Shown: piece after piece, positions 19,910 through 28,899 of the stretch | Layout: each line of letters opens with the position of its first letter | Numbering within the stretch: the stretch's first letter is position 1 | Source of the DNA: Bacteroidales bacterium | GTDB lineage: Bacteria > Bacteroidota > Bacteroidia > Bacteroidales > UBA12077 | Assembly: GCA_028282585.1 (NCBI GenBank) | Contig: JANQHR010000052.1 | Coordinates: 1 to 64,000 of the forward strand | Reading direction: 5' to 3' | Length of the DNA stretch: 64,000 bases | The notes under the pieces: model-generated | Told to the model about the DNA's origin: nothing | The model's database searches: none | Seen by the model: only the letters and a program-made list of their open reading frames with translations | Made by a program: the position numbers and the translations under genes

Positions 19910-20044
19910 AGCGCATAATGGACAATAAAAAACATATTACAGATAGTGCTAATTTAAAGGACATTACATTTAATAAATAATGCAACAAGTTGATAGGGAA
20001 TTGCTTTGAATTGCCAAACGGTTCATATACTTAACCTTAGCGAT
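19910..20044 (+). repeat. Degenerate attC-like element
   Basis: Ends GGTTCATATAC-TTAAC-CTTAGCGAT, complementary to ATCGCTAAC at 20878. Confidence 0.6.
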
Positions 20045-20075
20045 TATATAGAAACTAAATCATAAAAAAAATGAA

Positions 20076-20885
20076 ATGAAAAAAATATTATTAATTGCAT
20101 TGTTAGTTATTTTATTTAATTCCACGTATGCACAGTTTTCATTGGATCATTACCATCCTGTTGATATTATTAAAACGGAGGGTATTGATTCTTGCTCAAT
20201 ATATGTTTTACAACCCGATAGTTCATTGACTATTGAACAATCTTATATCTATAATCTTAAAGGCTTAGAGATCGAGAATAAAAGAGATTTTCAGAATTTT
20301 TCATTTATATATGAATATAATGAAGAAGGAATAAAGGTTGCACAATTTTTTGTTCCTTTTGGAGAAGGTTATTTTGAGCGAGATACATTAATCTATGATA
20401 AAAAAGGCAGGCTAATACAAAAAATTACGTATTCATCAGATGGTAAAGAATCTAAAAGAAATGAATATGATTATAAAAAAAGATTAATAAAAGAAGAGCG
20501 ATATATCCTGAAAGGAAAATTACAAACAAAATCATTATACAGATATAATAAAAAAAAGAGGATCAAGAAAATTGAAAAGTATTTTAGAGGTAAACACCAA
20601 GAAGATTGGATTCATGAATATGATAGTGATAATAATTTAATTTCATTTATTACAATTTCTACCAACGGAGATACAACGCTTCGACATAATTTTAATTACA
20701 ATAAAAGTGGTTTGAGAATTAAACATTCAATTTATTTACAAGGAAACAGGCTCTCGACGATATTTTTAACTACATATGACAAAAAAGGATTAATTTCATA
20801 TATGGAAGCAATAACTGGCATAAAAAACAATGATCCAAAAACAGGCGAATATGAAAAAACAATTTATAAATATACATATCGCTAA
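20076..20885 (+). CDS. Secreted protein with YD-like repeats
   Basis: Signal peptide; repeated Y.YD/N..G motifs; stop codon lies inside GCTAAC. Confidence 0.7.
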   Translation: MKKILLIALLVILFNSTYAQFSLDHYHPVDIIKTEGIDSCSIYVLQPDSSLTIEQSYIYNLKGLEIENKRDFQNFSFIYEYNEEGIKVAQFFVPFGEGYFERDTLIYDKKGRLIQKITYSSDGKESKRNEYDYKKRLIKEERYILKGKLQTKSLYRYNKKKRIKKIEKYFRGKHQEDWIHEYDSDNNLISFITISTNGDTTLRHNFNYNKSGLRIKHSIYLQGNRLSTIFLTTYDKKGLISYMEAITGIKNNDPKTGEYEKTIYKYTYR

Positions 20886-20900
20886 CACATTTTAGTAGTT
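20878..20900 (+). repeat. Collapsed attC-like site (outer boxes only)
   Basis: ATCGCTAAC-ACAT-TTTAGTAGTT. Confidence 0.55.
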
Positions 20901-20918
20901 ATTTAAAAACCAGATCAA

Positions 20919-22001
20919 ATGAGCTATTCAAAATTTTTAGATGATTGGAGTAAAGTTCGGGAAGAATACTTGGAAAAAAACCCAACTGAAAATGTTCCTT
21001 GGGACCTGACGGAAGCTATGACGAGAGATAAATGGATAGCTGAAAAAAAGTTCGATGAATTTGTTGCCTATGTTCTTGAAAATTATGATTCCGGAAATTG
21101 TATTGATTTAATCACACCCTTTGGTAATCATCTAATTGAGATCAAGGAATATAACTTATTCAAAAAAATCTGGAAAGGAGTCATTAGAATTAATATATCT
21201 ACTTTGTGGGATTATGTGCATAATATGCTGATTGATTTTCCGAATGCGACATCGGTTGATATAAATAAAATTAAAATAACAGATAAGTTAATCGAAGATT
21301 TTGAATTACGTCCCGGAAAAGCTTTTGCAAATGAGAAAAATGCAGTTGCATATAAACGCTATTATACTTTAAAAGCATTATCAGAATTTATTAACGGATT
21401 AGAAAGATTCAATGATGAAAATGAAATTTCCAAAATGCGTTTGATTATTGAAAATGTTCAAAATCTTCAAAAACCCACACCAACTAAATCCACGGATAAA
21501 AGAAAAATAGATGAAAAGCTTTTCTGGGAATTAATAACAATTTCAAGAGAAGAATCAGAAGATAAATTTGAGTTTATTGAAATATTGACAGATAAACTAT
21601 CTGCATTTAAACCCAATGAAATAAGAAAATTCGCACGAATTTTTGAAACCAAATTTCAAGAGCTAAATACTTGGGATAACTGGGCATTTGTATATATCGT
21701 TCGACGAGGTTGCGGGGATAATGAATTTGATTATTTTAAAGCATGGGTAATTTCAAAAGGACAAGAAACTTTCAATAAAGTAAAGGAATTCCAACAAAAG
21801 GATTTTAAAGAATTAATTGGGTTAGATGATCCGCAATTAGAAGAGATGCTTTATCTTGCAGAGGAAGCTTATGAATTAAAAACAAGTGAGCTAATGACAC
21901 CCATAAGGGTGAAAAAACAAAATATATCTGGCACAAAATGGACAGAAGAAAAGGTTTGCGAGATATTTCCAGAGATTTGTAAACAATTTAATTATAAATA
22001 A
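20919..22001 (+). CDS. DUF4240 domain protein
   Basis: DEKLFWELI, GCGDNEFDYFKAWVISKG in the C-terminal half. Confidence 0.75.
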   Translation: MSYSKFLDDWSKVREEYLEKNPTENVPWDLTEAMTRDKWIAEKKFDEFVAYVLENYDSGNCIDLITPFGNHLIEIKEYNLFKKIWKGVIRINISTLWDYVHNMLIDFPNATSVDINKIKITDKLIEDFELRPGKAFANEKNAVAYKRYYTLKALSEFINGLERFNDENEISKMRLIIENVQNLQKPTPTKSTDKRKIDEKLFWELITISREESEDKFEFIEILTDKLSAFKPNEIRKFARIFETKFQELNTWDNWAFVYIVRRGCGDNEFDYFKAWVISKGQETFNKVKEFQQKDFKELIGLDDPQLEEMLYLAEEAYELKTSELMTPIRVKKQNISGTKWTEEKVCEIFPEICKQFNYK

Positions 22002-22005
22002 TAAC

Positions 22006-22150
22006 AACTGCTAATTATGTGTTTAATTCATAAGGGTTTCAGTGGTTTTCGAGCGTTATCGCCCACATTAATTTTAGTGCGAAACTTGATTGGTTTACGC
22101 TCTCCAATAAAATACCTCACGGAATCATATACTCGTCGGATGGTAACAAT
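22006..22150 (+). repeat. attC-like hairpin
   Basis: AACTGCTAAT..GTGTTTAATTCATAAGG / CCTCACGGAATCATATAC. Confidence 0.7.
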
Positions 22151-22238
22151 TACAAAAAATTTAATATTTTGAGAAGAAAATTATGAAATAAGCCATAAAA
22201 GAATCGCTATCATATTTTAGATAATTGAAAAACACTTA

Positions 22239-24092
22239 ATGAAAGTCTATCAAGAAAATATAAAAAAATATAATGCCAAAACATTAAAGTTAAAAAAGGT
22301 ATTAAATAGAATATCATTACTTAGGCTTGCTATTTTTTTTATTTCTAGTATCATTATTATATACTCCCTTAGTTCTAATTTAATAACTCCTATTCTGATT
22401 GTTTTCCCACTATCCGTATTATGTTTTGGTGTTGCAATCAAACACTATAACAAAACAGCTTTCCAAAAAAAGCATATTACATTCCTGAAAGGTATAAATG
22501 AATCCGAAATTCTAAGAGAAAAATGTAACCTTGAAGAATTTGATACCGGACATAAATTTATCAATCAAAATCACCCATACACATCTGATTTAGATATTTT
22601 CGGTCAACATTCCATTTTTCAATTAGTTAACAGAACAACTACAGAGTCAGGTATGATACGCTTATCTGAATGGCTATCAGAACCTGCACCTAATTTTGAA
22701 ATTCATGACAGACAAAAAGCTATAAAAGAATTATCCAATAAATTGGAATGGAGGCAAGATTTTCAGGCGTCTGGCATGCACTTTCAAAATAAAAAAAGTG
22801 ATTATTTTAAATTGTTAGATTGGGTAGAAGCGCCTGTTGTTTTATTAAAATATCGACGAATATATATAGCAGCTGCAATAATCCTTTCGGTTCTATCTTT
22901 GCTTGGCTTATTTTTATCAATAATTAACATAGTTTTATTAAGCAGGTATATTTATTTTCTTTCCTTTATTTCTGTTTTATTTGTTAATTACTTGGTTTTA
23001 AGAAAAGTAAAACCACTTGCGGTGGATATCGTTGAAACCTCAACAAAAAATCTTAACACTTTAAAAGGTTATAGGACACTTATTTATAAAATTGAAAGCG
23101 AACGTTTCAAGTCGCAAAAATTAAACCACTTACAATCACTACTGATAAAAGGTATGCAATCAGCATACAATGAAATTAATAAGCTATGCAGGTTATTGGA
23201 TTACTCACATCAAAAACCTATAAAAAAGGATCCATTAAGTGGAAATCAATTTTATCCTATATTAAATAGTTTTCTACTATTGGATATTTATTTGATACTT
23301 GGAACAGAAAAGTGGAAATCAAAAAATAAAACGTTTTTAAAATCCTGGACTGAAGCAATTAGTGAGTTTGAAGTAATTAATTGTTTTGCAGGTTTTTGCT
23401 ATGCAAACCCATCCTACTCATTTCCGGAGATTACAGAAAAGAATAACTACCTACATTTTGAGTCGTTAGGGCATCCTTTAATAAATTCTAATAATCGTAT
23501 TTGTAATAATTTTCACTCAGAAGGACAAGGTGATGTTGTTATGATTACCGGTTCTAATATGGCAGGGAAAAGCACTTTTTTAAGATCCGTAGGCGTAAAC
23601 CTTGTATTGGCTTTAGCCGGTGCACCTTGTTGTGCAAAATATGGGCAGGTTTCGAACCTGAAATTATATACAAGTATGAGAACCCAGGATAATTTGAAAG
23701 AAGGAATTTCCTCTTTTTATGCAGAATTAAGTAGAATTGAAAAGATGCTGAAACTAATGGAAAGCAATCAAAACATTTTTTTTCTTTTGGACGAGATGTT
23801 TAAAGGCACAAACTCAGAAGATAGACATAAGGGAGGCTTTTCATTGATTAATCAAATAAGTAAGCTCGAAACGTCAGGAATTATTGCAACACATGATATT
23901 GAGCTTGCTAAGCTATCGGAAAATAAGATGTTGGTTACAAATTATAGTTTCAATAGTGAAATTAAAAATGATTCCATAATTTTCAGCTATAAACTCCATT
24001 CAGGTATATGTAATGATTTTAATGCGAGTGCATTAATGAAAAAAAGTGGAATTGAAATTATATCTGATATTTCAAAAAGTGCAACCAAATAA
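22239..24092 (+). CDS. Membrane-anchored MutS-related ATPase (MutS domain V only)
   Basis: TM segments, ITGSNMAGKSTFLR, SSFYAEL, LLDEMFKGTNS, ATHD; no mismatch-binding domain. Confidence 0.9.
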   Translation: MKVYQENIKKYNAKTLKLKKVLNRISLLRLAIFFISSIIIIYSLSSNLITPILIVFPLSVLCFGVAIKHYNKTAFQKKHITFLKGINESEILREKCNLEEFDTGHKFINQNHPYTSDLDIFGQHSIFQLVNRTTTESGMIRLSEWLSEPAPNFEIHDRQKAIKELSNKLEWRQDFQASGMHFQNKKSDYFKLLDWVEAPVVLLKYRRIYIAAAIILSVLSLLGLFLSIINIVLLSRYIYFLSFISVLFVNYLVLRKVKPLAVDIVETSTKNLNTLKGYRTLIYKIESERFKSQKLNHLQSLLIKGMQSAYNEINKLCRLLDYSHQKPIKKDPLSGNQFYPILNSFLLLDIYLILGTEKWKSKNKTFLKSWTEAISEFEVINCFAGFCYANPSYSFPEITEKNNYLHFESLGHPLINSNNRICNNFHSEGQGDVVMITGSNMAGKSTFLRSVGVNLVLALAGAPCCAKYGQVSNLKLYTSMRTQDNLKEGISSFYAELSRIEKMLKLMESNQNIFFLLDEMFKGTNSEDRHKGGFSLINQISKLETSGIIATHDIELAKLSENKMLVTNYSFNSEIKNDSIIFSYKLHSGICNDFNASALMKKSGIEIISDISKSATK

Positions 24093-24095
24093 AAA

Positions 24096-24205
24096 TACGC
24101 CATATACATGTGTAAAAATAATAGCCCGTCCAATAGTAAATTCAAAGATTTTAGCCCATGGCAATTTTCCTGTACCTTGACAAATTCGGCTGTTATTCTT
24201 ATAAT
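24096..24205 (+). repeat. Degenerate attC-like element
   Basis: TGTAAAAATAATAGCC / GGCTGTTATTCTTATA inverted repeat directly after the gene. Confidence 0.5.
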
Positions 24206-24256
24206 GAACTTCACTATTTTGACGGCTTTAAAGACAACCTTAAAATATAACAACAA

Positions 24257-24898
24257 ATGTTCTATATAAATTGGCTATTGACTATAATTGGCCCTATAAT
24301 TGTTTATTTCATTGAGCGGTTAATTAGAAAAAAGAATAACTTAAGAAAAATATTCGCTATTACCTCAATTTCGTTTATCCTACTTTTTGTAATATTTAAT
24401 ATCTCCGACACTTACTTTAAAGTTTCTGCAGCTAACGATTTACTATTTTCAATGACTTATTTGGGTATTGTATTTATATTTTGGACATCACTTCGAATTA
24501 AAAATGTCGTTCTTAAAGTTCCCGTAATTATAACTCTGGCAATATTAATATTATCAGTCGCATTACTAGGAATTACAGGGCTGTTCGGCATAACTTACAA
24601 TGAATATTATGCATCTAAGTTCGAATATGACAAAACATATAATACCTATGAAGGATACTCGATACAATTGACCAAATTAGGTCATGCTTTGGAACCAGAT
24701 GGAATACAAATTCATGTATTTAAAGACATTGAAATTATTCCGATTAAGAAGAAAGTTTACGAAGAAAAAGACTATAGCTTTTATGGAGATTTGGAAGATG
24801 TCTTCTTTTCAGTAAGTGATAATATTATAAAATTAGAATATCGAAATGATAAAGGCGAATATATATTTGAAAAGGAAATAATGATAAACAGCAACTAA
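24257..24898 (+). CDS. Hypothetical membrane protein
   Basis: Four TM segments then a soluble tail; stop codon lies inside ACTAAC. Confidence 0.65.
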   Translation: MFYINWLLTIIGPIIVYFIERLIRKKNNLRKIFAITSISFILLFVIFNISDTYFKVSAANDLLFSMTYLGIVFIFWTSLRIKNVVLKVPVIITLAILILSVALLGITGLFGITYNEYYASKFEYDKTYNTYEGYSIQLTKLGHALEPDGIQIHVFKDIEIIPIKKKVYEEKDYSFYGDLEDVFFSVSDNIIKLEYRNDKGEYIFEKEIMINSN

Positions 24899-24912
24899 CA
24901 TCAGTTGTGGTT
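24891..24912 (+). repeat. Collapsed attC-like site
   Basis: GCAACTAAC-ATCA-GTTGTGGTT. Confidence 0.55.
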
Positions 24913-24926
24913 AATACAAAACAGAG

Positions 24927-25538
24927 ATGCTTAAGGAAACATTTTTAAAATTGATGAGTAAGTATACAAACCAAGAAGATTATATTTTTTATTGTTGGGA
25001 TGAGATTTTTAAAAGTTATTCATCAGAATCAAGGCATTATCATAACCTGATTCATATTAACAATATGATATCTGAATTGGACCATGTAATATCTGAAGTA
25101 AAAGAGAAAGATTCGTTGCTATTTTCAATTTATTACCATGATATTATCTACAACACATCTAATTCTGATAATGAATATAAGAGTGCAATGTTATTTAAGA
25201 AAAGAATTGCCCGAACAGATTTTCAATATATTGAAAAATGTATGAAACAAATTGAACAAACTAGTGAACATAAATTGTCGGAGGATAATGATATAAATAT
25301 TCTTTTGGATTTAGACCTTTCAATATTAGGCAAGAATAGGTTAGATTACCAAGAATATTGTCAAAACATAAGAAAAGAATATAATATGTATTCTGACCTT
25401 GAGTATAGAAATGGAAGGAAAAAAGTACTGATCAGGTTACTGGATTTATCTTCAATTTATAAAACAGATTATTTTAGTTCAAAGTATGAGAAGAATGCAA
25501 GAATAAACCTTGCTCTTGAACTTAAATCTTTAGACTAA
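24927..25538 (+). CDS. HD-superfamily phosphohydrolase (COG4339-like)
   Basis: RHYHNLIH, YHDIIY, LDLDLSILG, IRKEY. Confidence 0.88.
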   Translation: MLKETFLKLMSKYTNQEDYIFYCWDEIFKSYSSESRHYHNLIHINNMISELDHVISEVKEKDSLLFSIYYHDIIYNTSNSDNEYKSAMLFKKRIARTDFQYIEKCMKQIEQTSEHKLSEDNDINILLDLDLSILGKNRLDYQEYCQNIRKEYNMYSDLEYRNGRKKVLIRLLDLSSIYKTDYFSSKYEKNARINLALELKSLD

Positions 25539-25602
25539 TGGGGTTTTGGAATAAAATACTCAGAAAAGTAAAGCCTAACAGGAAATATATAATATTAAAT
25601 TT

Positions 25603-26805
25603 GTGAAAAAGATAAATTACTACACAACGTTCAATTTAAAATATAAAAGTATGATTTCGAAAAATGAAATTCTTAAAGTCCTTTTATACTTCACGCTATT
25701 AACTACTGGATGTGAAACTACAAAAAACAGCCATAGTGATAACTCCATACAAGCTGTTATTAAAGAGTTTGAATCAGGAATTGAAAAGGATATTAAAGAC
25801 GATGGTATTAATGGAAGTATTTCAACTGCCATTGTAAGGAAAAATGAAATAATCTGGTCTAAAGCATTTGGAATTGCAGATATTGAGAAAAATATTCCTG
25901 CTGATACAAATACTATTTATCGGACAGCATCAATTTCTAAGCCTTTTACAGCATTTCTTATGATGCAACTCTACCAAAAAGGCATTATTGATATAGACGA
26001 ACCTATAGAGAAATATTTACCCGAGATTAGAAATATAAAAGGATATTCAGAATCCACTAAAATTACCTTCCGGCAAGTCGCCAGCCATACGTCAGGACTT
26101 CAGCGAGAACCTGATATGAAAGGGGCTGACGAAGGTCCTATTGAAGAATGGGAAGAAAAGATTCTTGAAGCAATACCGTTAACATCATTTAAAGCAAAGC
26201 CCGGAGAGCATCACAGCTATTCCAATATTGGATATGGTATAATGGGTTTAGCATTATCCAGGGCTGCATCTAAATCCTTTTTGAAACTGGTTAAGGATGA
26301 AATTTTCATACCACTTGGAATGGATAACAGTTTTTTTATAGTTCCGGACAGCTTATATCCTAAGTTAGCTAAAGGGATTGATGGAGGACCCATTGGGAAA
26401 TTAAGTTTTGAAAGACCTTTACGGGGACATAGTGGCAGAGGATATAAAGTACCAAACGGTGGTATCTATTCAACTCCCAATGATTTAGGTAAATTTATGA
26501 TTTGCAACATGGGATTTTGTGACCTGCTTGAAAAGGAAAATCTTGAATTAATGCAGACGGCTACTAAACCAATCGAAGAAACATGGAATAGAGGTTTGGG
26601 ATTTACACTTTATCAAGATGATATTTTAAACACAGTAGAACATGATGGTTTTATTTCAGGCTATACAGCCTATTTTGTTTTTGATAAGAAACATCAATAC
26701 GGTGTAATTATTATGCGTAACTATAATTTTGGATCAACTGATCATTTAGAATTAACTGCAAAAGTTTTACTGCGAAAATTAATTAATGCTGAAAACAAAA
26801 ACTGA
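25603..26805 (+). CDS. Serine hydrolase (beta-lactamase family) lipoprotein (likely start 25651)
   Basis: SISK (SxxK), YSN, HDG; lipobox-like TTGC. Confidence 0.9.
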   Translation: MKKINYYTTFNLKYKSMISKNEILKVLLYFTLLTTGCETTKNSHSDNSIQAVIKEFESGIEKDIKDDGINGSISTAIVRKNEIIWSKAFGIADIEKNIPADTNTIYRTASISKPFTAFLMMQLYQKGIIDIDEPIEKYLPEIRNIKGYSESTKITFRQVASHTSGLQREPDMKGADEGPIEEWEEKILEAIPLTSFKAKPGEHHSYSNIGYGIMGLALSRAASKSFLKLVKDEIFIPLGMDNSFFIVPDSLYPKLAKGIDGGPIGKLSFERPLRGHSGRGYKVPNGGIYSTPNDLGKFMICNMGFCDLLEKENLELMQTATKPIEETWNRGLGFTLYQDDILNTVEHDGFISGYTAYFVFDKKHQYGVIIMRNYNFGSTDHLELTAKVLLRKLINAENKN

Positions 26806-26860
26806 ATACAACAAAGCGTATATGTTCATTTCGGGGAACCATATAGACAAGGTCATTATG
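26804..26860 (+). repeat. Internally deleted attC-like element
   Basis: GAATACAAC-AAAGCGTATATG...CCATATAGAC. Confidence 0.45.
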
Positions 26861-26905
26861 CTGTATGTTAAAAGAACCTATTAATCTGCATTAAAGAAAA
26901 GCATT

Positions 26906-28429
26906 ATGAAAAAAGTGAACTTCGCTATTTTATCAATTATAATTTCTGGATTACTATTTGGGTGTAATAAAAATCCAACAGCCAATCAATACAAAACTCA
27001 ATATAAAGTTAATTATGTAACAATAGATGGTTTGTGGAAATGCACTTCTGAAACTAACTTAAAACTTAAAGATTTAACAATAGAACCAGTTATCTATATA
27101 TCAGGAGAAATCGCAAATAAATTATCAGTGGAAGGATGTTTTACTTGGGATGGGCAATTTCGTGATTATTGGTATCTTGAAAAAATAGTTTACAATGACA
27201 AAACCAATGAAATCAAAATTCAGGATAAAGAGGGTAATATGTATATTGGAGTATTTGACAAAAAAAAACAAAGAATTAATGGAATGGTATATTCACAGGA
27301 TGAAGATAAGTTAGTTCCTGAAGATAAACTCGATTTCATTAGAGCTTCTGACCTAAATTTAGAACGTTTATTTATACCCCGAAAACCTCATGAAGATGGG
27401 AGTATTCAATATAGTTATCAGATACCCGATCACAAAAATGACGAACTGCAAACATCTTCAATATTTAATTATTGTAACGACACTTCTGCACTATACAATT
27501 TAATGAATGAGATTATCAGACAAGAATTTGGTCGACTTGAATCTTTTTTAATAATGAAAGATCAAAAACTGATTCTTGAAGAATATTTCTTTAATTATTC
27601 GAGTTCTGACATGCATAATATTTTTTCATGCACAAAGAGTATTGTTTCTTTAGCAGCCGGAGTTGCTTTCAAAAAACTAGAAAATTTAAATACTGAAAGA
27701 TCTATTTTTGATATTTTTCCAGAATTCGATTCTTTAAAAAACAATGCAAACCAAGACATCACTTTAAAGCATATACTAACAATGACTGCAGGTTTTGATG
27801 AAGGCAATGAGTACAAAAATTTAAAACCAAATGAAGTTGTAGCCAACATTCTTAAATCACCTTTAATATCAAAACCTGGAGAAAAATTTAGCTACAACAG
27901 TGAATGCCCTTACCTCTTGGGAGGGTTTATTTATGAAATGTCTGGGAAAAACATAGAAGAATTTACCAAAGAAAACATATTTAATCCATTGGGAATTAAA
28001 AATTACAATTGGAAGAGTTTAAATAATAATCCTGATTGTGCAAGTAATCTGTATATGCAATCGCGAGATATGATAAAAATCGGATCACTGACTTTAAACA
28101 ATGGAAAATGGAAAGAACAACAGATTGTTCCCGCAGAATGGATAAGCGAATCTATCCAGCCTCAGATTGCTGAAAGTGATTTTTTTGATTACGGTTACCA
28201 GTGGTGGTGTAGGTCGAAATCAAATAAGCCCTGGTGGAAAGAACCCTCGGAAAATTCAAAAGAACATGATATGTTTCTTGCGTTGGGTTATGGCGGACAG
28301 TACATTTTTATCGTTAAGGACCTGAATCTTATAATATCAATGACTTCATCAGATTATAATGAAGGAAATGGAATGGCTTTTAAGAAAATACCACTGGTTA
28401 TTGAAAAAATTGTTCCATTATTTGAATAA
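26906..28429 (+). CDS. Serine hydrolase (NylB/class C-like) lipoprotein with an N-terminal extension
   Basis: Lipobox LFGC, SCTK, YNS, YGYQWW, LGYGGQ. Confidence 0.88.
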   Translation: MKKVNFAILSIIISGLLFGCNKNPTANQYKTQYKVNYVTIDGLWKCTSETNLKLKDLTIEPVIYISGEIANKLSVEGCFTWDGQFRDYWYLEKIVYNDKTNEIKIQDKEGNMYIGVFDKKKQRINGMVYSQDEDKLVPEDKLDFIRASDLNLERLFIPRKPHEDGSIQYSYQIPDHKNDELQTSSIFNYCNDTSALYNLMNEIIRQEFGRLESFLIMKDQKLILEEYFFNYSSSDMHNIFSCTKSIVSLAAGVAFKKLENLNTERSIFDIFPEFDSLKNNANQDITLKHILTMTAGFDEGNEYKNLKPNEVVANILKSPLISKPGEKFSYNSECPYLLGGFIYEMSGKNIEEFTKENIFNPLGIKNYNWKSLNNNPDCASNLYMQSRDMIKIGSLTLNNGKWKEQQIVPAEWISESIQPQIAESDFFDYGYQWWCRSKSNKPWWKEPSENSKEHDMFLALGYGGQYIFIVKDLNLIISMTSSDYNEGNGMAFKKIPLVIEKIVPLFE

Positions 28430-28434
28430 AACTT

Positions 28435-28558
28435 TGCCTAAAATTTTATAAGTAATAGCTGGGATATTTTGAATATTGCGGTTTGCTGTCCTTTCAAGCT
28501 AGTTGGTTTGAAAGAAAAGAATCCATAAGCTGCCACTTCTCATATAATTTACTTTGGC
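28435..28558 (+). repeat. Degenerate attC-like hairpin
   Basis: TGCCTAAA..TTATAAGTAATAGC / GCCACTTCTCATATA. Confidence 0.55.
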
Positions 28559-28899
28559 TTATTGTTCAAAGTATGCAAGAAGTAACTAGAACTATAGCTA
28601 ACAGCAAATTGATAAAAATAGAAGTTTCGAATAAAAAGTATAAATTGCAAAATATAAAACAACTTGGTAATTTGTTTTTTATGGTTATTCAGGATTTAAG
28701 ATTACGAGTTCATTCATTGAAAATATGTTCTGGTAGGCAGATGATTTGATGATTGAATTAGCGATTAAGTTCAATAGTAAATTAACTGATATTCAAGGAT
28801 TTAACATAATAGGTGATTTTATGATTGAAGTAATGATTACACATCCATAGAGGCGACCAATAATAAAAGCAATAATAATAATGGTAAAAAAAACAGAAT

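Noticed and set aside
23987-24256. 89-aa minus-strand ORF
   Set aside because: Antisense to the MutS-like gene end and across a degenerate hairpin; no motif.
25603-28429. Calling the two serine hydrolases true beta-lactamases
   Set aside because: SxxK/YxN motifs are shared with esterases, amidases and peptidases; activity cannot be assigned from sequence.
28483-28749. 88-aa + strand ORF
   Set aside because: TTG start, overlaps two attC-like remnants, no recognisable motif; probably spurious.
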